The position numbers and the translations under genes were made by a program. The notes under the pieces are model-generated. The model worked only from the letters and a program-made list of their open reading frames with translations. It did no database searches and was not told the origin of the DNA. DNA of 64,000 nt from Oligoflexales bacterium (lineage in GTDB: Bacteria > Bdellovibrionota_B > Oligoflexia > Oligoflexales > JAPPIL01): positions 576,001 through 640,000 of the forward strand of contig OZ244057.1 of NCBI GenBank assembly GCA_965215515.1. Direction: 5' to 3'. This document shows, in pieces, positions 9,934-20,602 of this stretch. Position 1 is the stretch's first letter, and the number at the start of each line of letters is the position of its first letter.

Positions 9934-11630
9934 AAAGCGGTAAGTAGCCGCGCTGCGCGGCCTTGCTGAACAGCACATCAGGAGCTGGCAACCGTTTAAT
10001 AAGGAGTGGCCAACGCTTGAAGGGGCAGTTTACTTGCGTCTATCGGATGATACGCAGGTAGCCGTTGAACGGGGATCGCTGGAACAACAAATTCACATCG
10101 CCATCTCTGAAGCCGTATATCGATCAGAGCAGGAGCGGATGAATTACAGGATTACCGAGTTCTACATTGAGCCAGGCATCACGGGCACGCATGGCAATCG
10201 CCCTCTGTTGCCGCTTTCTCGCTCCACATCAGGCTACAGCACAACATCAGCCTCAAAAAACATGGCAATAGCAATTACACCAGCGAACAAGAAGCGAGCT
10301 AGCAAGCGAGCGTTACAAAAAGGCGGCGTAGCGGTTCTTCAGGCTGTGCCAGAAATACGATTGCGAGATATGCCTTAGAGGACTGCCGTTCAACCCTAAC
10401 GACCCCGCTTCGATCTTGCAGCTTGATCAGCTGGCAGCCTTTGCTGAATTTGAATCACGGACGACCTCCAAGCGTATCAGGGAAAGTAATCACTCTGCTT
10501 TGTTGACATCAGGGAAGTTTAACACCCACTACCCGCTATTGGGGTTTGATGTGGTCAGAAATGAATACGGCGAATGCACAGGCATCTACAAGCCCAACAA
10601 GGCAGAGCTAAAGCAGGTTGAGCTGATTATGAAACAATTTCTGCGCGTAGACAGGTTTAATCTGCTGATAGATTGGTGCAGGAAGATGAACATCAAAACC
10701 AAACGAGGCGAGAATTTCACTAAACACAGTATCAGAACGCTGCTGACCAATCCCCGTTACGTCGGCAAGTGGTATCGCAACAAGCACAACGAGGACAAGC
10801 GGCAGAGTAAGCTCATGCCTTATGAACGCTACACCGAAGTTAAATTGTGGCACGGTTGCGTTATCGACGAAGGGCTGTGGCTGCGAATTCAAAACAAGGT
10901 TAAGGAAATAGGCGAGTCGCGAGCACAGGCAATCAATCACTGCTACCCCTTATCTGGTTTGTTGTTTTTCAATGACGAATCAACTTTTGTCGGTAGTAGC
11001 GCATGGGGAAGAAAACGAAGATCGACCTACTACCACAATAGAGTTAACAAAATCAGGATCAGGACAGAGATTTTCGAGACGGCGGTAGAAACGGTCTTGC
11101 GTCAGATCATTGAAAACTCTCCAGAGTTTCAAGCAAGCATTGCAAATCATTCGGCACAAAAAGACACCGCGCTTAGTGTCGCAGCGGGAAAAATTGCCGA
11201 GATCGACACGAAACTAGACGAACTGGCAGACGAGAGGCAACGACTAGACCGCCGTTTGAACTTTCTGCTCGAAGACGATGATCTTGAGATGGCACGCTCT
11301 TTCAGGGAGGAGTATAGGGAGCGAGTTTCTGCTATGAAAGGCGAGGAACAGGAGCTTGCCGACAGGAAGCAACAGCTGCAGTTTGTGCAAAGACAGCTGG
11401 ATGAAACAAAGAACGTCAGCAAGAGCAGTTGGCTAGAGCATGTCAACCAAGCGCGATAAACTGTATAGGCAAGAAGGACTTGGTCGCACTCCAGTCTGCT
11501 TATAGGCGACTGTTTCACAAAATTATTGTTCACCCGTTGGAAAATGCAAAATTGCAGCTGGAGTTTGTTTTTAACGAAGTGTTTACATCTGCTTGCAGGG
11601 GAATGGACAAAATATGTCCCTCGGTTGATA
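9865..11630 (+). pseudogene. Large serine recombinase, copy A, disrupted at several sites
   Basis: YLRLSDDTQ, EPGITGT, AAFAEFESRTTSKR, LLTNPRYVG; paralog of 43058-44420; insertions and frameshifts near 9925, 10205, 10270 and 11450. Confidence 0.85.
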
Positions 11631-11682
11631 GAATGGGCTCTAGAAATGAAGAGACAGAATTTTTGTTCAACCAACAGTTATC

Positions 11683-12145
11683 AATGAAATCAAGCAGCTA
11701 TGACACTTCTTCTCTTATCCCTGAACCCCTGATCAAACAAAAATACCTCGAAGATTGCCTTTCAATTCGAGAAATTGCTAGAGAGTTTTCTTGTTCAAAA
11801 ACACACATCAGAAACCAGCTTCTCAAATACAACATCCCCATTAGAGAACCATCCAAGTATCACAAAGATCACAGCCGCACTTATGGAAAACGGAGGGTCG
11901 GTGGCAAAACCGTAGACCACAAAAGAGAGCAGAGAACCATTGCCACCATCAAAGAGATGTATAGCGAGGGAATCAAGCCAACTTCAATCGCTAGATTCTT
12001 GGATACCATGAAAACTCCCACCAAACAGCAGGGTAAGGGCTGGCATCATCACACGGTTATCACAATTCTCAAGCGAGAAGGGCTATATGTAACAAAAAAC
12101 AAACCTAGGAGGAGAAAATGGACACCATCGTCAATCTCATCATGA
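11683..12145 (+). CDS. Small HTH plus recombinase-like DNA-binding protein
   Basis: LSIREIAREFSCSKTHI (HTH) and YG...IARFLD...GKGWHHHTVITIL. The ORF-track start at 11429 includes the recombinase tail. Confidence 0.55.
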
Positions 12146-12279
12146 CAGTATTACTCTTGGCTGGAGCAGGCTATGCTGCCAAGAAGCTTTTACCCCTCGT
12201 GCAGAAAACCGCTATCGAACGCATCGACAAGGGTCTATCCTCTACTGAGGAGCTTACCCGAAAACTGACGGGGGAGTAG
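12118..12279 (+). CDS. Small membrane protein (53 aa)
   Basis: AGGAGG RBS; MDTIVNLIMTVLLLAGAGYAAKK... with one hydrophobic helix. Confidence 0.55.
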   Translation: MDTIVNLIMTVLLLAGAGYAAKKLLPLVQKTAIERIDKGLSSTEELTRKLTGE

Positions 12280-12751
12280 GTCGATTTTTGATGGTCAGGT
12301 GGATGTCTCGTACTGTACGGATGCCCATCAAGAAAGCTTCAGTCGCTTTGTCATCTCCACAACTGCAAGGCGAGTTACTTATATGGATGAGATACTCCTA
12401 AAATCTGTGGGTAGGAGCACATCCTTATATCAGCCAATGCCAACAACTAGTCATTATATTATTTCCTGTAAAAAACTGATCAATTTGTTGTCAAGTCAGC
12501 TCCTACTTGTATCTTAGAAGCACTTACTATTTTACGAAGCCAAGAAGATCACCAAGCAATGAACTGATGCTCCCCAATGTAGTAGCCCTATGAAAAAGAT
12601 GAGGAGTATTTCCCATCGTCAGTTCCCCAGTACTAGTGGAAATTAGCACTTTACTTTAGGAATATATCTCAAATTTCCGAAAAGTAATGAGTTGGGGTAG
12701 TTTCCTTTTCGGAAACTATACGCTTCTAGGAGTAGCTCCCAACGCAGAATC

Positions 12752-12782
12752 AATAAGCTTGTGAAAAACAAGCTTATTTTTT
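12752..12782 (+). terminator. Intrinsic terminator-like hairpin
   Basis: aataagcttgt-gaaaa-acaagcttatt followed by tttt. Confidence 0.6.
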
Positions 12783-12800
12783 GCTAGAGGGTACACCTGC

Positions 12801-14957
12801 TTGCTCTTAAACCCTCAGTTAGTCTTGGACAGTCGTAGCAATGGGGGTTGTTGGCTAGTTATGGTGAAAAGAATAATATACTCAATTCTAGCATGGACAA
12901 GATGGCTGTTGACTGGCACGGAAGACTCTATAACGCCTAGACCACCTGCCATCACACGGCAGAGAAGAAAGGATTCAAACAGCCATAGAGAATCTCTGAG
13001 TAGTCAAGATAGCCTGACTTACGAAACCCCCACCGAACAACCTTCAGATGACGATGTATCTGCAGTGTCAACAATCACCACAGTCAATGAGTCTTGCTCA
13101 GTCCCCTCTAATGATGCGTCACCATCTCCAAACACTAATGGTCTGGAGCTAGAGTCTTCCAGCCTGTCAGAAGCCACGCAAAAAGAGATGAAGATGCCAT
13201 CTACACAGCAGTCTGCTAGAATTCCACAAAAAACTTCGCATGAAGTCGTCAAACAACCCGGAGGCAACTCTCATCAAGAAATGCCTAATACTGCAGGTGC
13301 AGGCAATATAGAACCCAAGAAGCCAAAACTGCCACGCAAGATTGGAGGAAGACGTAGGCCAAAAGAACAAAAAACAACGCGACAGCCACCAAAACCTCGT
13401 CCAGAATTGATTTGTCGCGAGAATTGTGAATCTCAGCAGTGGGAGATAATCCTGACCGCAGGTGACGAATGCCAGATCAAGACCGTACATCAAAACGGTG
13501 TTTCTTTGGACATGAGAGACCATGAGTATCGCCTCTCGTCACTCACCAAACCATTGCAAATAGTTCTTGAGAGCGGGGAAGAATATGGATTCCCACTGTT
13601 TGAAGAGAAGCCATTTATTTTTAAATTGAGAAATGACTGGAAAGACAAGGGGCGTAAGACGGCTAGCATCAACAGGGGGCACTTTCTTGTAATTGTACCA
13701 AAAGAATGGGAACGAACAGGTCATGTTCCAGTTGAACCAAGCTTTTGCATGAACAAAAGTTTTAAGGCACATTATTTTTTCGGAGAGGATAATTATTTGG
13801 AAGAAGACATTGGAGGTTTTAGTCAGTGTGCTTTACCAACCAAATCAATTTTTAAGCTTACTGGCCAGCGTGTCTTCGATGATTCTGATGGCGGTGAACT
13901 GTTTGTTGGTGCTGTCCCAAGCTTAAAGCTTTTACAAGATATTGGTTGGGTGCGAATAGGAGAGGAGAAAAAAGGCGGTTGGAAGGGTGAAAATTTCAAT
14001 TCCAATGAGCAGAATATAACAGACATATTGAGTAATCGTGAGGGACATTTTTTTATCAGAGTTTATGATAACGAAGCTAGACAACTGGATAGTGGCGAAT
14101 TTCGTTATCTGAGTGATCTCGAAAAAATACTTGTGAATGGTAAGCCATACGAAAGAAATATGGTTCTTGTCCCGCCGCCGACTGGCTACCCTACGATAAA
14201 CGTGAGTTTCATTAGCAAAAATAACACAACCCTGCGTCCTATCTTGATGCACGATACGCAACACACTAAAGTGCAGGGAAGTAACCTCATTGTCGAGGCA
14301 CACCCAGATGGAGACAGTATATCTTGTAAACTTGAAAGCAACACAGGCAGTGTTGATCTCATATTAAATCTGCCGCGTATCTGGTGGAAAATTACCAGTG
14401 GTAAGTCTGATGAGTGGCATGACACACCACTTGTAATGACACGGCAGGAATTTTCTAAACATGCCAAACTGGATACCTATATCCAAATCCGTTTGTCACA
14501 ACGATTACGACATATTGGTGTTGGTTTCAACGACGAGTTAGAGCGAAAGTATAGTCGGGAGGGAGGTAAAAATGGCATTAACATCAGGTTGAAGGATTTC
14601 ATCGATTACTCACAAATAGATCAAAGGCTGGATAAGGATGCCGTGTTTAACATCAAGTGCGATGAAGAGATACTAACAATAATCAAGATTTCCTCCGATC
14701 CTATACCTGATAATGTCTCCGATGTAACCAAAAGTGTCACAGTATCTCAGCTGATAAAGCAAACAGGTAAACCAACAGCTATTGTAAGGAAAGTTACTGG
14801 TGGTTGGCGGAGAGGCAGGGGGTTTAGCATTGGCGAGATTAAAGATGCTGGGCTTACAGCTGCTGAAGCTATACACAGCTCTATTTCAGTTGACAAGCGG
14901 CGAAGAAGCACGCATTCAACTAACACAAAATTCATTAGGATACTGATAAATGCCTGA
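12801..14957 (+). CDS. Large hypothetical protein with a disordered N-terminus and a C-terminal ribosomal eL13-like domain; helicase partner
   Basis: C-terminus GRGFSIGEIKDAGL...ISVDKRRRSTH matches the eL13 signature; overlaps the helicase start. Likely ATG at 12861. Confidence 0.75.
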   Translation: MLLNPQLVLDSRSNGGCWLVMVKRIIYSILAWTRWLLTGTEDSITPRPPAITRQRRKDSNSHRESLSSQDSLTYETPTEQPSDDDVSAVSTITTVNESCSVPSNDASPSPNTNGLELESSSLSEATQKEMKMPSTQQSARIPQKTSHEVVKQPGGNSHQEMPNTAGAGNIEPKKPKLPRKIGGRRRPKEQKTTRQPPKPRPELICRENCESQQWEIILTAGDECQIKTVHQNGVSLDMRDHEYRLSSLTKPLQIVLESGEEYGFPLFEEKPFIFKLRNDWKDKGRKTASINRGHFLVIVPKEWERTGHVPVEPSFCMNKSFKAHYFFGEDNYLEEDIGGFSQCALPTKSIFKLTGQRVFDDSDGGELFVGAVPSLKLLQDIGWVRIGEEKKGGWKGENFNSNEQNITDILSNREGHFFIRVYDNEARQLDSGEFRYLSDLEKILVNGKPYERNMVLVPPPTGYPTINVSFISKNNTTLRPILMHDTQHTKVQGSNLIVEAHPDGDSISCKLESNTGSVDLILNLPRIWWKITSGKSDEWHDTPLVMTRQEFSKHAKLDTYIQIRLSQRLRHIGVGFNDELERKYSREGGKNGINIRLKDFIDYSQIDQRLDKDAVFNIKCDEEILTIIKISSDPIPDNVSDVTKSVTVSQLIKQTGKPTAIVRKVTGGWRRGRGFSIGEIKDAGLTAAEAIHSSISVDKRRRSTHSTNTKFIRILINA

Positions 14958-17900
14958 CAAAGACGACATAAAGGATTGGCCTAAGAAAATTTGCCAACGC
15001 TACGAGAGCTACTTAAAAACATCCTTCTTCTTTAAATATCCTAATCTCAGAAAATCTTTCCAAGAAGCATTGAGGAAAGAAGGCAGTCTTATGAAAGATC
15101 CAATCCCTGAAGAATATCGTAGTTTTAAGAAAGGCTTGACAGCTCAGGCATTAGCACAGAAATTTTTCCCTAGTAACAGCGATAGTCTTCTTCCAACTCT
15201 GATCGACGAGCAACTTTATACTCACCAAGAGAATGCTATTCGAGCCGCACATTCAAATTTTAACATCGTCGTTGCCACTGGCACAGCTAGCGGCAAGACC
15301 GAGAGTTTTCTTTACCCGATATTGTTCGAGCTGTATCAACAATATCTTGACGGCGAGCTTGAGAGGACTGGTGTGCGTGCTATGATTCTTTATCCTATGA
15401 ATGCACTTGCCAACGATCAGCGCGAGCGTCTTGGTGAAATCTGCAAGAATCTGGAAGATGCTGGTTCTAGGTTCAAGCCAACATTTGGGCAATACATCGG
15501 TCAGACACCTAATAACGCTCGTGACTATCACCGTAATGCTACAACACGAAGAGAAGATCGTCTGCCTGGAGAGCTTATTTTCCGTGATGATATGCGAAAA
15601 ACACCACCCCACATATTGTTGACCAACTACTCGATGTTAGAATATCTGCTCATTCGTCCTGACGACAGTCCACTGTTCGACAACGGTATGGGTAAACATT
15701 GGCAATTTATTGTGCTCGACGAGGCACATCAGTATCGTGGTGCTAAGGGCATGGAAATGGGTATGCTTATTCGGCGACTCAAACAGCGGTTACGAGACGG
15801 AGGGCGACAAGAGCCATTCCGTTGTATCGCTACCAGTGCCACCATTTCTTCTGGTAAAAGTGAGCAAGATAAGCAAGTGGTTGCTAATTTTGCTAAGGAA
15901 CTCTTTGGAGAAAAATTTTCTGCAAATGATGGCATTATTTTTGGTGATCCTGCACCCTCTAATAACGAAACACCTACTCGTTATCACGCCTTCTTTCGAG
16001 CACTTGAAGGGGCGTTTCTAATCCATAAAAACGGCGAAGATATTGTGGTACTCAATCGCAAAAGTGAGGGCGAAAACGAGAAGAGTGCAGTACCATTGGA
16101 AATAGCCTTGTGCAGAGAATGTGGCCAGCACTACTACGTTGGACGAGAGCATGAGGGAAAACTAGTGGAAGCTATACGAGATCCTAGTGACCCCCACTTC
16201 GGTGTAGACTACTACCTGCCTTTAAAGGATGACGATAATACGGGTGATGGACACGCACTATTGTTGTGCAGGAGCTGTAGTAAGATATCAAAATCCAAGC
16301 CAGAGTGCAGTTGCAATGCGACAATTTTTGTCAAAAAATGCGAACCACATAAAGATCATGCAGATCAGCTAGTGAAATGTGAGATCTGTGACTATAAGCG
16401 CGGTGGCATTGGTGACCCAGTGCAGGAAATTGTGCATGGCACTGATGGTCCCAATGCGGTTATAGCGACTGCTATGCACGAGTTATTGCCAGAGAATAAG
16501 CGCAAGGTACTTGCATTCGCTGATAGCCGTCAGGAAGCAGCGTTCTTTGCTTGGTACGCTGAGGATTCTTATGAAAAATTACGCGATCGCAACCTCCTTT
16601 TGAGAGCTATGACATTCAGTCGAGTTGACAAGGAGGGCTTATCCATAGATGATCTTAAAAACCGCCTATTACGCCAGTGTGAACAAGCTGGTCTATTTGT
16701 TAAAGCAGAAACCAAAGAGCAAAAGAGTTGGCAGGTACTAACGTCAATTTTGCGTGAAGCACTTACAGATGAAAGAAGATTATCCTTGAGCGGGGTTGGA
16801 TTAGTTAAGTGGTTTGTTAAGATTCCAGAAGATTTGATTGTACCAGAAATTATGCTACAGCCGCCGTGGAGTTTCACAAGAGAAGAAGCACTTTGTTTAA
16901 TTGGTTACCTATTGGATGAGCTACGCCTACACCGTGCCATGAATTTGCCAGAGAATGCCGCTACTCCAGATTGGAACGATGTCTCACCTGATCGTATACA
17001 AATTAGCTATTGCAAGGGGAAACCAGGAAGACAAAAGGGCGTGTCACAGTGGGGAAGTCCTCAGTCTGCTGTTGTCAAATACTTTCTGCGCAGGCTACTA
17101 GAAGGTAGTAACCTTCTAGTCGAGCAACATCAGGGAGAGTCAACAAAGCTGATGGAAGAAATATGGGATGTAATAAGAAAAATCAAAGATCCCCCAATTC
17201 TCTCTACTGGCTCGAATAACGGAACGTTTCGCCTCAACCCATGCTGGCTGCGCATCAAACCCGTTAAATTTGATGAGATATGGCAATGCGACACCTGCGC
17301 AAGTCTGAGTACTCACAACATTAGAAATGTTTGTCCACGCAATCGTTGCCCTGGCTTTCTGAATAATGTCGAGGAGAAGCAAACTGAGGAAAACCACTAC
17401 CGAATCATCTACAAAAGCACTGAGTTACCTCCTTCACTTAGTGCCAAAGAGCATACGGCACAGATTGATACCGACAAGGCACGGCAGCGGCAGCAAGAAT
17501 TCAAGGACGGAAAGATCCATCTACTAAGCTCTTCGACAACTTTTGAGGTTGGTGTCGATTTGGGTGATCTAGAAATCGTGTTTCTCCGTAACGTGCCACC
17601 AGAATCTTTCAACTACATCCAGCGTGTCGGACGGGCAGGAAGACGGGATACACCAGGTTTGGCAATAACCTACTGTCGTCGTAATCCACACGACCTCTAT
17701 CATTATGAAGATCCAAATAGAGCAATAAAGGGTACTATACACCCACCACACCTGAATATGACAAACGAAAAAATTGTATTGCGACACATGGTCGCTACCG
17801 TACTATCAGCGTTCTTCAGAGAAAATGAAGGTCGCTTCAAAGGCGTGGAGAGCTTTATCAAGAACTGGGACAGCCCGGCGATGGTAGGCGATGTAAGACA

Positions 17901-19197
17901 ATATTGTGAGGAAAACAACAAATTGCAAGATTACTTATGTCAAATTGTGCCCCAAGACATGCACGAGAAAACAGGGCTTGAGAATGGTGAATGGGTCAAA
18001 TATATTACTGGCGACAACAGTCGCCTCGCAATATCAGAGAAAGAAGTTAGCGAGGACTATAAACACATGGATAAAATAAGAGAAGAGGAGGCTAGTAAGA
18101 AAAATTATAGCCGTGCAGGTCGCATCGTCAGTCGCATGAAAACAATTGCCAGTGAGAAAACATTAGATTTTCTTTCTCGCAAAGCTGTTATACCGAAATA
18201 TGGCTTCCCCGTAGATGTTGTCGAGCTAGATACTCGCTCCGCGGATAAAAACAAAAGTGGCATCACTCTCCAGCGAGATCTATCTCAAGCTATTGCTGAG
18301 TATGCTCCCGATGGAAAAGTGGTAGCCAACAAGCTAGAGTGGAAATCGTGTGGAGTAAAAGTTGTATCTGGCAAAAGATTTCCTGTAAGATATTATCAAT
18401 ACGATAATGCTCGCAATTTTAACCAGTGGAACGAGGGTGATCCATCCAAACCGGAAGATGTTGAAAAAAAATATCTTATCCCAGAGTTTGGCTTTGTTAC
18501 TCCCTTTCTTGAGAAACCCAAACCACCGTCCAGACGGACACCACGTCTTTACACAACGCGTCCATTTTTTTTAAAGCCTAAAGAAGAAAATGAACTTGAG
18601 CCTAAAAACATTCTCGGCGTACAGGTGATCGCTCCACAGCCAGGTACTCTGGTTATTCTCTGTGAGGGAAAAAACATGAACAGATTCTATGTTTGCCTTG
18701 ACTGTGGTTGCCACATGGCAAAGACAAAAAAAGAACACAAATCTCCTTTTGGCTCAGATTGCAAAGGAATGTTAAAACGGTTTTCACTCGGCCACGAAAT
18801 GGTCACAGATGTTGTGCGCTTACAATTTCCAGATGTGTGTAACGAGTGGAAAGCCTATTCTGTTGCTTATGCCGTCTTACTTGGTACAGCGGAAACACTG
18901 AGCGTTCCTGCCAGTGACCTGAATGTAACCATAACTGGTGGCCGCAAGCCAGACGAATCCGCTATCGTGCTCTATGATAACGTACCTGGTGGAGCGGGGC
19001 TGGTGGCACAATTGGAACAGGAGGAGGTATTTCGTGAGATGATCACCAACGCGAAGAACAGAGTTGTAGGCAATTGCGGCTGTGATTCCAGTTGTTATGG
19101 TTGTCTGCGTAGCTACCGCAACCAATTCGCACACCCTCACCTAGATCGTAGGCTGGCACTAGAAGTTCTCGAAGGTGTAGAAAAGAACGAGATCTGA
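14950..19197 (+). CDS. SF2 DEAH helicase with C-terminal DUF1998 Zn domain (DruE/MrfA-like)
   Basis: TGTASGKT, DEAH, SAT, TTFEVGVDLG, QRVGRAGR, several CxxC motifs, LYDNVPGGAG...CGCDSSCYGCL. Confidence 0.9.
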   Translation: MPDKDDIKDWPKKICQRYESYLKTSFFFKYPNLRKSFQEALRKEGSLMKDPIPEEYRSFKKGLTAQALAQKFFPSNSDSLLPTLIDEQLYTHQENAIRAAHSNFNIVVATGTASGKTESFLYPILFELYQQYLDGELERTGVRAMILYPMNALANDQRERLGEICKNLEDAGSRFKPTFGQYIGQTPNNARDYHRNATTRREDRLPGELIFRDDMRKTPPHILLTNYSMLEYLLIRPDDSPLFDNGMGKHWQFIVLDEAHQYRGAKGMEMGMLIRRLKQRLRDGGRQEPFRCIATSATISSGKSEQDKQVVANFAKELFGEKFSANDGIIFGDPAPSNNETPTRYHAFFRALEGAFLIHKNGEDIVVLNRKSEGENEKSAVPLEIALCRECGQHYYVGREHEGKLVEAIRDPSDPHFGVDYYLPLKDDDNTGDGHALLLCRSCSKISKSKPECSCNATIFVKKCEPHKDHADQLVKCEICDYKRGGIGDPVQEIVHGTDGPNAVIATAMHELLPENKRKVLAFADSRQEAAFFAWYAEDSYEKLRDRNLLLRAMTFSRVDKEGLSIDDLKNRLLRQCEQAGLFVKAETKEQKSWQVLTSILREALTDERRLSLSGVGLVKWFVKIPEDLIVPEIMLQPPWSFTREEALCLIGYLLDELRLHRAMNLPENAATPDWNDVSPDRIQISYCKGKPGRQKGVSQWGSPQSAVVKYFLRRLLEGSNLLVEQHQGESTKLMEEIWDVIRKIKDPPILSTGSNNGTFRLNPCWLRIKPVKFDEIWQCDTCASLSTHNIRNVCPRNRCPGFLNNVEEKQTEENHYRIIYKSTELPPSLSAKEHTAQIDTDKARQRQQEFKDGKIHLLSSSTTFEVGVDLGDLEIVFLRNVPPESFNYIQRVGRAGRRDTPGLAITYCRRNPHDLYHYEDPNRAIKGTIHPPHLNMTNEKIVLRHMVATVLSAFFRENEGRFKGVESFIKNWDSPAMVGDVRQYCEENNKLQDYLCQIVPQDMHEKTGLENGEWVKYITGDNSRLAISEKEVSEDYKHMDKIREEEASKKNYSRAGRIVSRMKTIASEKTLDFLSRKAVIPKYGFPVDVVELDTRSADKNKSGITLQRDLSQAIAEYAPDGKVVANKLEWKSCGVKVVSGKRFPVRYYQYDNARNFNQWNEGDPSKPEDVEKKYLIPEFGFVTPFLEKPKPPSRRTPRLYTTRPFFLKPKEENELEPKNILGVQVIAPQPGTLVILCEGKNMNRFYVCLDCGCHMAKTKKEHKSPFGSDCKGMLKRFSLGHEMVTDVVRLQFPDVCNEWKAYSVAYAVLLGTAETLSVPASDLNVTITGGRKPDESAIVLYDNVPGGAGLVAQLEQEEVFREMITNAKNRVVGNCGCDSSCYGCLRSYRNQFAHPHLDRRLALEVLEGVEKNEI

Positions 19198-19381
19198 TAC
19201 CACCAGTAGTAGACCATTGCCGTAGCCTACAATCACATTCAGAAATTCACACAACCAAACTTGTTTGTTAAAACTGCAAGCTGATACATCAAAGTGGAAA
19301 ACAGTGCGTTAACTACCCTACCTTGATCGGTCGAGTGTGTGCAGGCTATCATATATTATATATCAGCTCTGGAGAAAATCA

Positions 19382-20570
19382 AATGGCATTAGAAATGGTA
19401 GTGCTGTTTTTAGTTACCTTACTGGTTACATGGGTAGCCACCTTTTTCTTTCAGGTTAAACCAATTAGCAGACGAGCTTCCAATGCTGAAAAAGATCTTA
19501 CAGAAGCAAAAGCACGAATTAGTGCGTGGGAAAACACGGAGGCTCGCTTTTCCTCTTTGGCATACAAGGCTCTAAATTCCAATAGCGAACACTACCTAAA
19601 CCTTGTAAGTGAACGATATAGTCAACATGATAAAGATGCAAAAAATGACTTAGATAAACGACAAGAAGCCATAAAAACCCTTGTCTCACCTATAAGTAAG
19701 AGCCTGTCAGAATTTGAAGGTAAGGTTGGTGAGATCAAGAAAGAGTACGGATCGGTGACAGCAAAGGTTAGCTCTATGAATGACATCCAAGATAAACTAC
19801 GCTCGGAAACTAATCGCCTAGTGAGAGCTCTCCAACGTCCAGAAGGGCGCGGTGCCTGGGGAGAGCTTCAATTCCGTAATGTGGTTGAGATGGCTGGGAT
19901 GGCAGAACACATAGATTTTGAAGAACAAAGCACTATCTATGGCAAGGAAGACAAGTCACGTCCTGATGCAATTATTCGCCTTCCTAATGATAGGCTGCTT
20001 GTGGTGGATACAAAAACGCCAATTGACTCATATTTGGAAGCATCAAAAGCATCTAACGAAGACGAGCGCAAGGTTTATATGAAGAACTATGTAAACAATT
20101 TCAGAAAAAGCATAGATGACCTTTCTTACAAGAGTTATTGGGGTAAGCTACAGGATAAGCTAAAACGTGTACCTGACTTCGTAGTCATGTTCGTACCAGG
20201 AGAGGCATTCTTTTCTGCTGCCCTAACCTCTGACCCTAAACTAATTCAATATGGAGTAGAGAAGAATGTAGTGATTGCCAGTCCAACTACTCTTATAGCT
20301 CTTTTGAGGACAGTTGCCTACTGCTGGCAGCAGCACAAGTTCACCGAAAATGTGGAGGAGGTTTCAAAGCAGGCAAAAAAGCTATTTGAAAGCATCAAGA
20401 CGTTTGGTGAGCATATGTCAGGTCTTCGTAAAACTTTAGAAAATGCAGTGAAAAAATTCAACGACAGTATTGGCTCACTTGAGCGAAATGTATTACCAAA
20501 AGCAAGGAAATTTGTGGATTTAGGTGTTATTCCTGCCAAGGAGGAAATTCCGGAAATATCCTCCATCTAA
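19382..20570 (+). CDS. rmuC: DNA recombination protein RmuC family
   Basis: N-terminal TM plus coiled coil, RGAWGELQ, RPDAIIRLP, VVDTKTP, PDFVVMFVPGE, SPTTLIALLRTV. Confidence 0.9.
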
Positions 20571-20602
20571 ATGCCACAAATATTTTCCTGCCATACCTCC
20601 TT

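Noticed and set aside
14769..14957. A genuine archaeal ribosomal protein gene or archaeal contamination
   Set aside because: The motif is the in-frame C-terminus of a 718-aa ORF, and all context genes (dnaE, hflKC, sigma54 activator) are bacterial.
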